Shown here piece after piece: positions 16,172-26,623 of a DNA stretch of 26,791 nucleotides. The notes under the pieces are model-generated. The model had not been told where the DNA came from. It ran no database searches and saw only the letters and a list, made by a program, of their open reading frames with translations. The position numbers and the translations under genes are program-made. Origin of the DNA: Candidatus Thorarchaeota archaeon (GTDB lineage Archaea > Asgardarchaeota > Thorarchaeia > Thorarchaeales > Thorarchaeaceae); assembly GCA_046758445.1 (NCBI GenBank), contig JBHIAE010000038.1, positions 1 through 26,791 on the forward strand, written 5' to 3'. Position 1 is the stretch's first letter. Every line of letters begins with the position of its first letter.

Positions 16172-16546
16172 GATGACATCAACTTCCGTTTCAGCAGCGG
16201 CCACGTATTGATACCGTTAATAGCGTTTCTGTTTCTGCTCTCTACCTCTGGCTCCTTCAACACCGGCGGCAAAATCACATCAAGACCGGCTTCAACATAC
16301 TTTGCGGCAGTCGAATGGACTCTCTTTCCTGAACTCGTCCCATTACTGTCAGCAATAGGTCTTTGGTGGTATCAAGGAACTTTCGATGAAACAGAACTCA
16401 GCGCCCCCAAGTCTTCACCACATGGGAAAGTGATAATGATTGAAACCGGAAGATTGTGGTTGACGGAGCAGACAGCGCTTGCGTGAACGTAGACACATTG
16501 GTTTCACCACATTCAAGAGCAGACGTAGGGAGCTGCTCAATCAATG

Positions 16547-17482
16547 CTATGAATAACGTCCTCTTGTTTTGAGAAGATCATAGACAACCCATATCCAGGA
16601 CTTGCCATAACCATAGAACTTCAAGACGTCGGCATCATCACATCTCCAAGTTCCTTTCATGCGTTCGTGAAGATAACCCTGTAGCATCGCAGTGCCATGT
16701 CTCCTAAGAAAGACCCTCCTGAGTGATCTCAGCAAAACTCCCAAGAATGGCCTTCCGATGAAGTAGTTCAGTTGACCCTGATAGAACATGCCTCTTTCTG
16801 TGCTTGAGAACGCAGGAGTGTCTTGTCGTATTGGGATGCGCCAAATCTTCAAGTCATACCCCTCTCGCAGCGTCCTGATATTGAGAAAAGTGTCTGGTGA
16901 GAGATCCCAATATCTCTCAATTCTGCGAACTATCTCCCATCGCACAACCTTACAGCCACCCACCGGCATTCCGGCCTCGCTCAGAGTCTCCTCTCCCACA
17001 ACCGTTCCAACACATGCTCCAATCTTGGGACTATTCTCGAGTAGCCAGATCATCCGGGCAAAGTAGTTTGGACAGGGCTCTGTATCAACGTCTTGGATTG
17101 TGAAGTACTGAATGCCTATGGAATCCAGTCGATCAATGAGCCGGGGCATCACGGCCGTGTAGGCACGGCCGATGGTGTTGAGATTCCCCTTCTTCTTGGG
17201 AGGCATTCTTTCGAGCCACACCTCAATTTCGGGATAGTTCTCAGCAATTCGGAGTATCTCTTTTGCCGTATCGTCAGTGGAACCGTCATCTATCCATACC
17301 CAGACTCTAGGAGGTTTGGTCTGGCTGACAGCTCTCTTGAAAGCTGCTTCTATGTGATCACGCTCATTCCAAACATTCGTAAACTGAACATACGGTGCGT
17401 CTGTTTCAGCCGGACTGTGGCATGCATCTCTGCAAAAATCGCAATGCAAATGGTAGGGAAAGGCGTTATCCTCGTCTTGCAC
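16547..17482 (-). CDS. Glycosyltransferase family 2 (GT-A)
   Basis: WNE..HI, WIDDGSTDDT, DVD (DxD) motif. Confidence 0.88.
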   Translation of the reverse strand: MQDEDNAFPYHLHCDFCRDACHSPAETDAPYVQFTNVWNERDHIEAAFKRAVSQTKPPRVWVWIDDGSTDDTAKEILRIAENYPEIEVWLERMPPKKKGNLNTIGRAYTAVMPRLIDRLDSIGIQYFTIQDVDTEPCPNYFARMIWLLENSPKIGACVGTVVGEETLSEAGMPVGGCKVVRWEIVRRIERYWDLSPDTFLNIRTLREGYDLKIWRIPIRQDTPAFSSTERGMFYQGQLNYFIGRPFLGVLLRSLRRVFLRRHGTAMLQGYLHERMKGTWRCDDADVLKFYGYGKSWIWVVYDLLKTRGRYS

Positions 17483-17575
17483 GGAAATGGGTCCTCCCTA
17501 TACTCGAGTTCCACTCGGGACTATAGCGTCCTCAAATATAGATGTCGCTCTTCCAGTGTAGAGTGGGAGATTAGC

Positions 17576-17581
17576 TTATAA
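17576..17581 (+). promoter_or_regulatory. TATA box (TTATAA), probably leaderless transcript
   Basis: About 25 nt upstream of ATG 17606; no Shine-Dalgarno at the usual spacing. Confidence 0.5.
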
Positions 17582-17605
17582 GGACTGCAACGAGGCCACG
17601 CATTG

Positions 17606-18592
17606 ATGAAGATTCTGCATATCTGTGATGGTGGGCTTCCTGACCCCAGAGTGGAGAGAATGGCACTGACAATGAAGAAAGAGGGGCATGAACTATCATT
17701 CATAGGCGGAAAGGAAACGAGGAGCCAGAATCTTTCAGTCTTCTCTCACACGAGCTCGGTTTCAATTGGCAGTGGGCCTAGACTTGCCCATGACCCGAGG
17801 ATAAGATCACGATGGGTAAGAGCAATCGAAAAAGCAAATCCGGATATTGTTCATGCCCATGATGTGCTGGTTGGCCACTTTATGCTGCACACCGATATCC
17901 CCGCCATCTTCGATGACCACGAGAACCTGAGTGCACAACGGTTTGCGTATATGTCAAGATCATTCATCCGAAGGAATGCAGCACGTCTACTTCTGAGGAA
18001 GATCCCTATTTGGGAAAGGCAGATGGCGGAACGCTATCCTGTGCTGACTGTTAGTGAAGGCATTGCCAACTTCTACCGGAATTACACGAACGATGTGAAT
18101 GTCCTAATGAACGTCCCATCGCTGCCAGAAGTGGAATGGTTAGAGAGTCCAAAGGTCAGAGAAGGGTGCGTCTTTATAGGAAGTGACTTCTTATTGTCCA
18201 GATTTCATCCCGCTCGAGATATGACCGGGCTTCAAGAGCTCATCGATTTCGACATTGTGACGGGGCTCCCGCATAGAGAAATGATGCGGTTTCTTGCTGG
18301 ACATAAGATAGGACTCACACCGTACAGACCACATCCGTTCCAGTTGGTCTGCAATCCAAACAAGAACTATGAGTACTTGCATGCTGGGCTTCAAGTTGTA
18401 TTGCAGAGAAACCTAGCTCATCTCTTCAAGAACAATCCGTACGTCTACTCGTTCAGAAACTATGATGACATTAGAAACGTCATAGACTCTGTTCAGGATG
18501 TGGATCACAGTGCCATTATGGCTCATTCTCGGCGCAATTATATCTGGGAAAACCAAGAGGACATTATCAGAGAGGCATACAAAAGGGCTTGA
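17606..18592 (+). CDS. GT-B glycosyltransferase (GT4-like, compact C-terminal domain)
   Basis: MKILHI, DPRVE..A.T, PDIVHAHD, DDHE, PNKNYEYLHAGL, YIWE. Confidence 0.82.
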   Translation: MKILHICDGGLPDPRVERMALTMKKEGHELSFIGGKETRSQNLSVFSHTSSVSIGSGPRLAHDPRIRSRWVRAIEKANPDIVHAHDVLVGHFMLHTDIPAIFDDHENLSAQRFAYMSRSFIRRNAARLLLRKIPIWERQMAERYPVLTVSEGIANFYRNYTNDVNVLMNVPSLPEVEWLESPKVREGCVFIGSDFLLSRFHPARDMTGLQELIDFDIVTGLPHREMMRFLAGHKIGLTPYRPHPFQLVCNPNKNYEYLHAGLQVVLQRNLAHLFKNNPYVYSFRNYDDIRNVIDSVQDVDHSAIMAHSRRNYIWENQEDIIREAYKRA

Positions 18593-18619
18593 TGCCTGAC
18601 TGCAAAACCGAAGCGTATC

Positions 18620-19756
18620 TTAGCCACCTAAGTTGTAGTAATCCACATAGGAGAGTTCTCTCCGATCAGTCGGGATAGCAATCTCGCCTGACTCAATGAT
18701 AGGAGGTATCCTCTTAGCCGCATTCCCATCTCCATATACAGACGGATCATTCGAGAGCTTCAACCCATACATCCGGTTACAGTTGTGTACAATCCGTTCA
18801 GGCTCAAGCGCTGTCAGAGTGCTTGCTCCTGCCTCTAGAGTTTCCACCCATTCAGTCCGCTCCTGAAGCGAAACAATGGGAATGTTCAGAAGATAACACT
18901 CTTTCTGAATGCCCCCAGAGTCACTAATCACAAGCTTGGATGCGGCGACGAGGCTCATGAACTCGTCATAGGAAAGAGGGTCACAGATGTGAATGTGCGA
19001 ATCATCCAACTTCAATGAAAACTCCTCAAGGCGTTTCCGAGCCCGGGGATGGACTGGGAAGATGATTGGGAAATCTACTGAGTTGAGACCCGTGACTATG
19101 TTAGCAAGTGTGTTTGCACGATCTACGCTCTCTCGTCTGTGCATGGTCAAGACGGCGTATTCCTTCTCCCTGGTGCCAATCTTTGAGAACACTTGCTCGC
19201 GATATGACACATCAGTATACTTAGGCAAGCGGTTCTTCAAAACGTCATACATCGTGTCGCCAATGTGATACACCTTTCCTTGAACCTGCTCAGCATTCAG
19301 ATTGTCGACAGCGATCTTTGTGGGAGCGAAAAGAGCGGATGCTCCATGGTCAATCAGCCTTCTGTTGACCTCTTCTTGGAAGCTCAGGTCAAATCTCCTC
19401 AAGCCAGATTCCAAGTGGCAAACAGCTATCTCCATCTTGAATCCGACCAGGGCAGCTCCGAGGGCTGAAGTGGTGTCCCCTGGTACAATCATGAGGTCTG
19501 GGCGATTCATTTTGTAATGTGAAGCCAATCGCTGCATGATTGTGTATACTTGATAAGAGTAGTCACCGGACCCGACCTCCAAGTCCATTGGGGAATCAAG
19601 TTCGAATCCATCTATGAATGCCCCAGCAAGCTCGTAGTCATAATGCTGGCCAGTATGGATGAACTCGTGCTCGATTCCGAACTCCGCCAATGCACTTAGA
19701 ACAGGGGCAGTCTTGATTATCTGTGGACGAGTACCTGTGACTAATGAAACGAACAT
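18620..19756 (-). CDS. wecB: UDP-N-acetylglucosamine 2-epimerase (non-hydrolysing)
   Basis: GTRPQIIK, HTGQHYD, PGDT, HLESGLR, EEVNR, HRRE, SDSGGIQKE, TEW.E, YGDG.A. Confidence 0.95.
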   Translation of the reverse strand: MFVSLVTGTRPQIIKTAPVLSALAEFGIEHEFIHTGQHYDYELAGAFIDGFELDSPMDLEVGSGDYSYQVYTIMQRLASHYKMNRPDLMIVPGDTTSALGAALVGFKMEIAVCHLESGLRRFDLSFQEEVNRRLIDHGASALFAPTKIAVDNLNAEQVQGKVYHIGDTMYDVLKNRLPKYTDVSYREQVFSKIGTREKEYAVLTMHRRESVDRANTLANIVTGLNSVDFPIIFPVHPRARKRLEEFSLKLDDSHIHICDPLSYDEFMSLVAASKLVISDSGGIQKECYLLNIPIVSLQERTEWVETLEAGASTLTALEPERIVHNCNRMYGLKLSNDPSVYGDGNAAKRIPPIIESGEIAIPTDRRELSYVDYYNLGG

Positions 19757-20341
19757 GTAAATCCTCCAATCATGCTGAAGAGCTCTCGGAAAGACTTCAG
19801 ATTAAAGTATTTGCCAACGTTCTCAGGCAGACATCACTCCTTGCTAGGTGAGCCTTCAAAGATCTCCTTGCCTCGAGATTTGATTTGCACATTGTCCAAA
19901 ATCAGAATTGGAACAAAGGCAATTCCTACCAGAGTGATTCTACAGAGGACTTCATTCTGGAAACTGGCAAGCAATCCAAGAAGAAAGGACCCTAAGCATT
20001 CGATAAGTCAGGGTCATCGCCAGTGATAGCTCTAGATGTCCACTGCATTTGACATGTCGTCCTTTGTCTGCATTAGCCCCTTCTGGATCATGTCGTAAGA
20101 ATCGAACGCTAGTGAAGGAACGTTAAGCTAAGGCATTTGCCAAGAATAAGTCTGCTGCTCCGTTGCCCTCGACCAAACAAAGGAGATATTGCCCACTTGC
20201 TTCTGACGGAACTCTAAGTTGTTGTCATAAGACCTCTTCTGATGATTGTCGTTGATCGCGCATTCTCGCTGTCGGACCTCGAATACACAGTCCAAGTCCG
20301 AATCACTGGATGCTAGATTCGATGCAAATCGTATCTAACAC

Positions 20342-20932
20342 TCAGCATTCAAGCTCCTTCTTTGCAGCAACGAACAGAACCTTACAGAACCTTATCGGTA
20401 TTGTAATCCTTAGATAGTTATTCGGAATGAGCCGCGATAGGTATCTATCCAGTCTCACTTGAGACACTCCCAGTCCCTTCCTCCTTAGAATCTCATAGCC
20501 TGCATCTCTTATGGTGTCAACAAGCTGTTCGCTTGTGAAGCTGTGTCTATGGTGATCAATTGAGTTCACAGGGGAAGAAATGAAGAGAAGACCTCTTGGA
20601 ACAGTGACTCTGTTGCATTCGACAAGTACTTCGATCGGAGAAACAACGTGTTTCATAACTGACTCAAGAACAACCGATTTGAAGGTGCAACTAAGGAAGG
20701 GGATCCTTTCACCCACCGCTCTAACATCAACTGGCCCCCGTGGATATGGATCAAGCGACACTGTTCTTCCACTTGATCCACCAGACCCAATGTCCAATGA
20801 GGGACGAGGAAGTTCTCCAATGAACTTCAGCCATTCTTCATACATTATACGCCATTGATTTCTAAGATGCTGACTCACATCAAAAGTATGTCCCAATTCA
20901 CGTGCGTAGGAATCCTCTCTATCGCCGTTCAT
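20342..20932 (-). CDS. Class I SAM-dependent methyltransferase (type 11-like)
   Basis: LDIGSG, GERIPF...F.SV, VMKHV..P, RV..P.G.LFISSP. Confidence 0.82.
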   Translation of the reverse strand: MNGDREDSYARELGHTFDVSQHLRNQWRIMYEEWLKFIGELPRPSLDIGSGGSSGRTVSLDPYPRGPVDVRAVGERIPFLSCTFKSVVLESVMKHVVSPIEVLVECNRVTVPRGLLFISSPVNSIDHHRHSFTSEQLVDTIRDAGYEILRRKGLGVSQVRLDRYLSRLIPNNYLRITIPIRFCKVLFVAAKKELEC

Positions 20933-21052
20933 TATTGCGCCTTTCAGGACATAGATTAGGAGAGAATAAACTTAACTCGTTCAAGTGGGTGCCTCCACAC
21001 AGGAGTTGTAGCCTAGTCCTCGGACGAAAAGCAAGAATGAGGGAGGCTCTGA

Positions 21053-22234
21053 GTGAAGATACTATTGTTGTCCGATCCGAATAGCATTCATACAAGAAAC
21101 TGGTTCGACGGCCTTGTATCTAGCAATATCGTGACAGACGTGCTGTACGTGAGAGGATGGGGACACTCATGCATACATGGCAATTCTATTCCTGAAGAGC
21201 ATTTGATCCTTCTTGATAAGCCAGGCAAAACCGCCCTCATAAAAGGTACCGTGAAACATGGAGAGTTTGGCAAGCTAATCAGAGATCTCAAGGCAAGAAC
21301 GACCCTTCACCAATCGCTTGTTCTATTGGGGAGAGAGGTTGGGAGAATAGCAGAGGAGCGCGGCTACGATATGATTCACGCCCATGGCGCGGCAACATCT
21401 GCACTGTTGGCGTTCTCCAGTAGGTTCCGCCCATACTCCGTATCCACATGGGGTTCCGACATCTATTTGATGCCTGATACATATTCCTATCTAAGACCGC
21501 TTATCTCAGAAGCACTGTCAAATGCTGCATTTGTCCATGTTGAGAGCCAGATATCCGCTCAGAGAGTCGAAGAACTGACTGGAACAAAAAGACACGATTT
21601 TCTGGTCAGTACTTGGGGAGTTGATACAAGTCGATTCACACCAGGCCTTCCAATTGGGAGTACAAGACGGGATCTGAGCATCCCACATGGGAGAATGATT
21701 CTGAGCCTCAGATCGCTTGAGCCTTTGTACAGGATTGATTCAATCATCCGTGCGTTCTCAATGATCGCGGATACTGTATCTGATGCCATACTTGTAATTG
21801 CTAGCTCAGGACAATTGAGAAACGAGTTAGAGGATCTTGCAGGTAATCTAGGAATTCATGATAGGGTGGTATTTACGGGATTCATTGAGTCAGAGCAAAA
21901 GCGCATCCTCCTATCAAACTCCTATGCTTATGTTCAGTTCCCAAGTTCAGACGGGGTTGCTTTGGCGATGATGGAAGCAATGAGCTCAGGATTGCCATTG
22001 ATATCATCAAATGTGGGAGAAACATCCGTTCTCATCGAGAGTGAGTCAAATGGTCTGCTGGTCGAGGATGATAGTTCTGAAGCTCTGGCGCAAGCTATGA
22101 CTCAGATTCTTAATGATGACCTCCTCAGAAACAGGATGTCACAAAGATCACGGCGATTGGCCCTCGAGAAGCACAATAGATCGAATTTCTTCAGGAAGTT
22201 CGTGACCAAGGCAGAAACAACTTTGAAAACCTAG
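21053..22234 (+). CDS. Glycosyltransferase family 4
   Basis: IHAH, WGSDIY, GVDT..F, V.FTGF, MMEAMSSGLP.I.S.VG. Confidence 0.92.
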   Translation: MKILLLSDPNSIHTRNWFDGLVSSNIVTDVLYVRGWGHSCIHGNSIPEEHLILLDKPGKTALIKGTVKHGEFGKLIRDLKARTTLHQSLVLLGREVGRIAEERGYDMIHAHGAATSALLAFSSRFRPYSVSTWGSDIYLMPDTYSYLRPLISEALSNAAFVHVESQISAQRVEELTGTKRHDFLVSTWGVDTSRFTPGLPIGSTRRDLSIPHGRMILSLRSLEPLYRIDSIIRAFSMIADTVSDAILVIASSGQLRNELEDLAGNLGIHDRVVFTGFIESEQKRILLSNSYAYVQFPSSDGVALAMMEAMSSGLPLISSNVGETSVLIESESNGLLVEDDSSEALAQAMTQILNDDLLRNRMSQRSRRLALEKHNRSNFFRKFVTKAETTLKT

Positions 22235-22236
22235 TT

Positions 22237-23388
22237 CTACAATCGAAGCGACTCCTTGAGACTAGTTATGACACGATTTACATCATTGTCGGTGATGTTT
22301 TGGTGTAGTGGAAGTGTCACAACTCTTGAACCAACCTCATTGCTATTAGGCAGATAAAGGTCTGAATAGCCGAGCTTCCTGTAATAGGTGAACTTGTGAA
22401 TAGGTGTATAGTGAATACTAGTTCCGACCCCTCGTTCAAGGAGATGAGCGCGAACCTTGCTTCGGGTTCCATGAGGAAGCAGCACAGGAAGCACGTGATG
22501 ACTATGCTTGACATAATCTGGTGTTTCTTGAAACTCAAGTGGAAGATCCTCTACAAGCTCACGGTAGAGCATATACATCTCACGGCGTCGTGAGTTGTTG
22601 GAGTCCAACTTTGAAAGCTGTGTAATGCCGAGCGCTGCACCAATCTCGGTGATTCGGTAATTGAAGCCTAATTCTGTCATATCATAGAGTTGGTCTAAGG
22701 ATTCTTCGTCTTTTTTGTGATGACGACTCCAAGTTGGTTTCGTGAGCCCATGAGACCGCATAAGCCTAAGTCGTTGAGCCGTTTCATCATCGTTGGACGT
22801 AATAGCACCGCCTTCACCAACTGCAAGATTCTTGTTTGAGAAGAAACTGAAAGCAGTCACAGATTCCAAGCCGCCAATTCTCTTACCTTTGTACTCCGCC
22901 CCAATTGCGTGCGCTGCATCATCCAGCATAGCGAGATCATGACGCTCACAGATTTCCAGAAGATGATCCATTTCAGCTGGAAGTCCTGCAAGATGAACCG
23001 GCAAAACAGCCCTAGTCTTAGGTGTGATATTATCTTCCACAAGGTTTGGATCAATGTTGAATGTGTTTTTGTCAATATCGGCAAAAACGGGAGTTGCACC
23101 TGTATAGAGAATACAGTTGGCTGACGCCACAAATGTCATCGGCGTGGTAATGACCTCATCGCCCGGGCCGATACCCATTGAAAGCAACCCAAGATGTAAT
23201 GCAGATGTCCCGCTATTCACTGCTATGACGTTGTCCGCTTCAAGATAAGATGCAAGATGTCGTTCAAACTCCTCTGTCCTTGGCCCCATTGTGAGCCATT
23301 GACTCTTCACAACATCAACAACAGCGTCTACCTCTTCTTGACCATAGCTTAGATCAGACACGGCGATGGGAGTTTCATCATCTCTCAT
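22237..23388 (-). CDS. DegT/DnrJ/EryC1/StrS nucleotide-sugar aminotransferase
   Basis: NSGTSALH, DDAAHA.G, FSFFSNKNLAVGEGG (PLP lysine), GFNYR. Confidence 0.95.
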   Translation of the reverse strand: MRDDETPIAVSDLSYGQEEVDAVVDVVKSQWLTMGPRTEEFERHLASYLEADNVIAVNSGTSALHLGLLSMGIGPGDEVITTPMTFVASANCILYTGATPVFADIDKNTFNIDPNLVEDNITPKTRAVLPVHLAGLPAEMDHLLEICERHDLAMLDDAAHAIGAEYKGKRIGGLESVTAFSFFSNKNLAVGEGGAITSNDDETAQRLRLMRSHGLTKPTWSRHHKKDEESLDQLYDMTELGFNYRITEIGAALGITQLSKLDSNNSRRREMYMLYRELVEDLPLEFQETPDYVKHSHHVLPVLLPHGTRSKVRAHLLERGVGTSIHYTPIHKFTYYRKLGYSDLYLPNSNEVGSRVVTLPLHQNITDNDVNRVITSLKESLRL

Positions 23389-24104
23389 ATGAAGAGCCCC
23401 TCTGTGTCACTATCAACCCCATTTTCTATATCACTTATCGCCTTCATGTAGTCATCGAGCCGACCAATATCACGCCAAGATTCACTGAACTCATATCCCA
23501 CAACGTTCATTCCCTTACTAATTGCCACATCTATTAGATCTGTCATCTGAAAGATCCCATCATTAGGGATAAGAGGAAGAACGCTAGGCGAAACTGCGTA
23601 GATTCCTGAGTTGACAAGAAAACTGAAACGTGGCTTCTCTTCAATCGATGATACTGAATCATCATCCTGGATTTCGACGATTCCATAAGCTATACTCCTT
23701 TCAAACTTCTTTAGGGCAATTGTCAAATCAGCACCGCGGTTCTTATGAAAACTGAGCAAATCCTTGAAACGCAAATTCGTCAGGAGATCTGCATTCATGA
23801 CAACAAAAGGCGATGTCTGATGATCCTTGAGCTCTGAGAGTGGACCAGCAGTTCCACGTGGATTTTTTTCCTCGAAATACTCGATTTCTACACCGAATGT
23901 TGCACCAGTACCAAAATAGCTTCGAATCATCTCTGATTTATAATTCGTCATGAGATAGAATGTCTTGAACCCCTGGTCCCTCATCTTTGTAAGAGTGACT
24001 TCTAGTATTGGCTTGGACCCAAGGGGAAGAAGTGGCTTGGGTACTGCATATGTTAGCGGTCGAAGTCGCGTTCCTTCTCCGCCACAAAGTATAGCTGCAT
24101 CCAT
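23385..24104 (-). CDS. Sugar-phosphate nucleotidyltransferase
   Basis: ILCGGEGTRLRPLT...PKPL, GTAG, MNAD, EEKP, WRDIG. Confidence 0.93.
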   Translation of the reverse strand: MDAAILCGGEGTRLRPLTYAVPKPLLPLGSKPILEVTLTKMRDQGFKTFYLMTNYKSEMIRSYFGTGATFGVEIEYFEEKNPRGTAGPLSELKDHQTSPFVVMNADLLTNLRFKDLLSFHKNRGADLTIALKKFERSIAYGIVEIQDDDSVSSIEEKPRFSFLVNSGIYAVSPSVLPLIPNDGIFQMTDLIDVAISKGMNVVGYEFSESWRDIGRLDDYMKAISDIENGVDSDTEGLFI

Positions 24105-24113
24105 CTTCTGTCA

Positions 24114-25103
24114 CTACTCGTAGCCTTGCATGGATTTATAGAAAGACAAGTAACTCTTGTACCATTGAATTGTTTCTGTCAAGCCTTCCTCAAGGGAAGT
24201 CTTTGGTTTCCACTTGAGGAGTTTCTTGGCTAACTTCGTGTCAGCGCACAGTCGGTTTACCTCACTCTTTGTTGGTCTTATGCGTGAGGCATCGAAGACA
24301 ACCTTTGCATTCGTTTGGGTGAGTTCAGTTATCATCTCGGCCAATTTCCCGATATCGACCTCAGTGCCTGTGCCGAGGTTTATTTCCTTACCATGAAGAC
24401 CATCAGCGGCATTAGCTATGTCGATGATTCCCTGAACTGTATCCTTCACGTACAAGAAGTCGCGTGTTGGTCTAGTATCCCCGAGAAGTATAACCTTCTG
24501 ACTGAGCGCTTGGGTGATTATTGTTGGTATGACTGCCCTCGTTGATTGCCTAGGACCATAGGTATTGAAAGGGCGCACAGTCACTACTGGTGAGTCAAAA
24601 GATCTGAAGAAACTCTCTACGATCTTGTCAGCTGCTATCTTGCTGGCTGAGTATGGTGACTGTGCTTTCAGAGGGTGCGTTTCTGGAATGGGAATTTGCT
24701 CAGCTGTTCCATAGACCTCACTTGTGGAGGTATGAATAATGGCTCTTGTTTCAAGTTCCTGCGCGGCTTGAAGTATGTTGAGAATAGAATAGACATTGTT
24801 ATCGAAGTACTCTCGTGGATTCCTGTAGGAATAGGGTATAGAGATAACAGATGCAAGATGGAACACATAGTCAACATCAATCATCGCTTTCTTGCAGGCA
24901 TAGGGGTCTTTCAAATCGCCCATCATGATCTCCAGATCATCAATGTTGCCCTCCACAAATCGAAGATTTCCTATATGGCCACTTGATGTATACCTCACAA
25001 AGGCTCTTACTTGGGCACCGATAGACAGAAGCTTCTCAACTAGGTGGCTACCTATGAACCCACCAGCCCCAGTCACCAGCACCTGAGCAGATTCAAATGT
25101 CAT
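24114..25103 (-). CDS. NAD-dependent nucleotide-sugar 4,6-dehydratase (LegB-like)
   Basis: GAGGFIG, ISIPYSY, TSTSEVYG, SPYSASK, RPFNTYGPRQS.RAVIP, SEV.RL. ATG 25103 likely. Confidence 0.9.
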   Translation of the reverse strand: MTFESAQVLVTGAGGFIGSHLVEKLLSIGAQVRAFVRYTSSGHIGNLRFVEGNIDDLEIMMGDLKDPYACKKAMIDVDYVFHLASVISIPYSYRNPREYFDNNVYSILNILQAAQELETRAIIHTSTSEVYGTAEQIPIPETHPLKAQSPYSASKIAADKIVESFFRSFDSPVVTVRPFNTYGPRQSTRAVIPTIITQALSQKVILLGDTRPTRDFLYVKDTVQGIIDIANAADGLHGKEINLGTGTEVDIGKLAEMITELTQTNAKVVFDASRIRPTKSEVNRLCADTKLAKKLLKWKPKTSLEEGLTETIQWYKSYLSFYKSMQGYE

Positions 25104-25276
25104 TCCTATATCACTAACCTTCAGATAATCGGTTCCATCATAAGTGATTCGGCTACATTGCCATTGAACCTGTTCGTTCAACGCGCTTCTATATGCTTTC
25201 TCGAACTTGAAACCAGTAGGCTTCAGGAAGGCTTTATTTGCTGTTTAGAACCGAATTTGGTCAGGTGGCTGGGTAT

Positions 25277-26506
25277 ATGAAGAATGTTCTCATCATTGCC
25301 TACTACTACCCACCACTGGGGGGAATTGGAGTCTTAAGACCACTTCACTTCTCTCGATACTTGCTAGAATACGGCTGGAGAGCGAGCATCCTTACGGTGG
25401 CCAACGATCAATCATACTTGCGTGATGAGTCGCTGAGCAGGAAAATCCCGCATGGCCAACCAATAGCACGAGCGTACCGAGTACCTGTATTCGAAGCTCT
25501 CAGAAGGCTAGCTAAGAAGAACCTCCGGAAATATCCTCTGGCATACTCATTCTTGGATCCTCAGTTCGACTGGGTTCCTAGCGCGCTGAGATTAGGAAGG
25601 AGATTGATGAGAAGCCACGATTTTGACGTGATACTTGCAACTGCACCTCCATTCTCATCGCTGAGAGTTGCTCGGGGACTGAAGCGAGATTTCAACACTC
25701 CGATAATCGCAGACCTCAGAGACCCGTTCATCACTGATGTAGTCAATTGGCCCAGTAGGCTTCACAAGGCGTTCTACGAAGCGTATTGGAGAAAACTGAT
25801 TGGAGACCATAATAGGGTCGTGGTGGTGAATGAACCAATGAGAAGACACATCATGGATGATAGCAGATTGCTTCATCTTGATCCAGTTGTAATCCCAAAT
25901 GGATACGATCCTCATGATTTTGCAGGAAAGTCCAATGGCCCACCTGATGACAGATTTGTGATAGGCTATGTTGGATCTCTTTACGGAAAGATTACTCCTG
26001 AACCATTCTTCAAATCGCTTGTCGCTGCGATGAAGGAGAGACCTGACATGAATACAAGACTAGAAGTCGTTTTCGTGGGCAAGATTGACACTTACCAGAT
26101 TTCTCTGCTTATGAAGAAGTACTCGCTTAATCATGTGGTACACATTCGAGGGTTTGTGCCGCATTCTGAGGCTGTACAATTCATGAGGGGTTGCCATGTC
26201 TTATTGCTATTTACAGGAATGGTATATCCTTCAGCATCTGGGAAGATCTATGAGTATGCAGCAAGTCAAAGACCCGTTCTGAGTTTCGGTGTCCATGAGT
26301 ACACACAGAAGTTCATCACAGAGAATGGGTTTGGCTATTCAGTAGACGGAAGACGCCCTAGAGAAGGCACGACAGTATTAGTTGAGCTGTACGACTTGTT
26401 TCGGAAAGGAGCCTCTATTCTAGGACCATCCCGTGAGAACTATGAGAAGTATAGCCGCAAGAAACTAACAAGGAATCTTGCTCGGGTTCTTGATTCAGTA
26501 ATCTAG
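25277..26506 (+). CDS. Glycosyltransferase family 4
   Basis: VLIIAYYYPP..G.GV.R, ATAPP, DLRDP, IPNGYD, YVGSLY, GKIYEY..S.RPVL; ATG 25277. Confidence 0.9.
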   Translation: MKNVLIIAYYYPPLGGIGVLRPLHFSRYLLEYGWRASILTVANDQSYLRDESLSRKIPHGQPIARAYRVPVFEALRRLAKKNLRKYPLAYSFLDPQFDWVPSALRLGRRLMRSHDFDVILATAPPFSSLRVARGLKRDFNTPIIADLRDPFITDVVNWPSRLHKAFYEAYWRKLIGDHNRVVVVNEPMRRHIMDDSRLLHLDPVVIPNGYDPHDFAGKSNGPPDDRFVIGYVGSLYGKITPEPFFKSLVAAMKERPDMNTRLEVVFVGKIDTYQISLLMKKYSLNHVVHIRGFVPHSEAVQFMRGCHVLLLFTGMVYPSASGKIYEYAASQRPVLSFGVHEYTQKFITENGFGYSVDGRRPREGTTVLVELYDLFRKGASILGPSRENYEKYSRKKLTRNLARVLDSVI

Positions 26507-26623
26507 TTCTGAGTCTTGATTTGCTTTTCAGATGATCAATAGTGGTATGCATGGATGATACAATGATGTAGCAGGAACCTTCTCAATGAAGCAACTCGCC
26601 CTTCTGTGGAATCCAGGTCTGAG

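Noticed and set aside
16208-16486. 92-aa plus-strand hydrophobic ORF
   Set aside because: TTG start with no Shine-Dalgarno, opposite to both neighbours, and no recognisable motif.
17417-17452. Heme c motif in the GT2 N-terminus (HLHCDFCRDACH)
   Set aside because: Spacing is not CxxCH and there is no export signal. At most a small metal-binding site.
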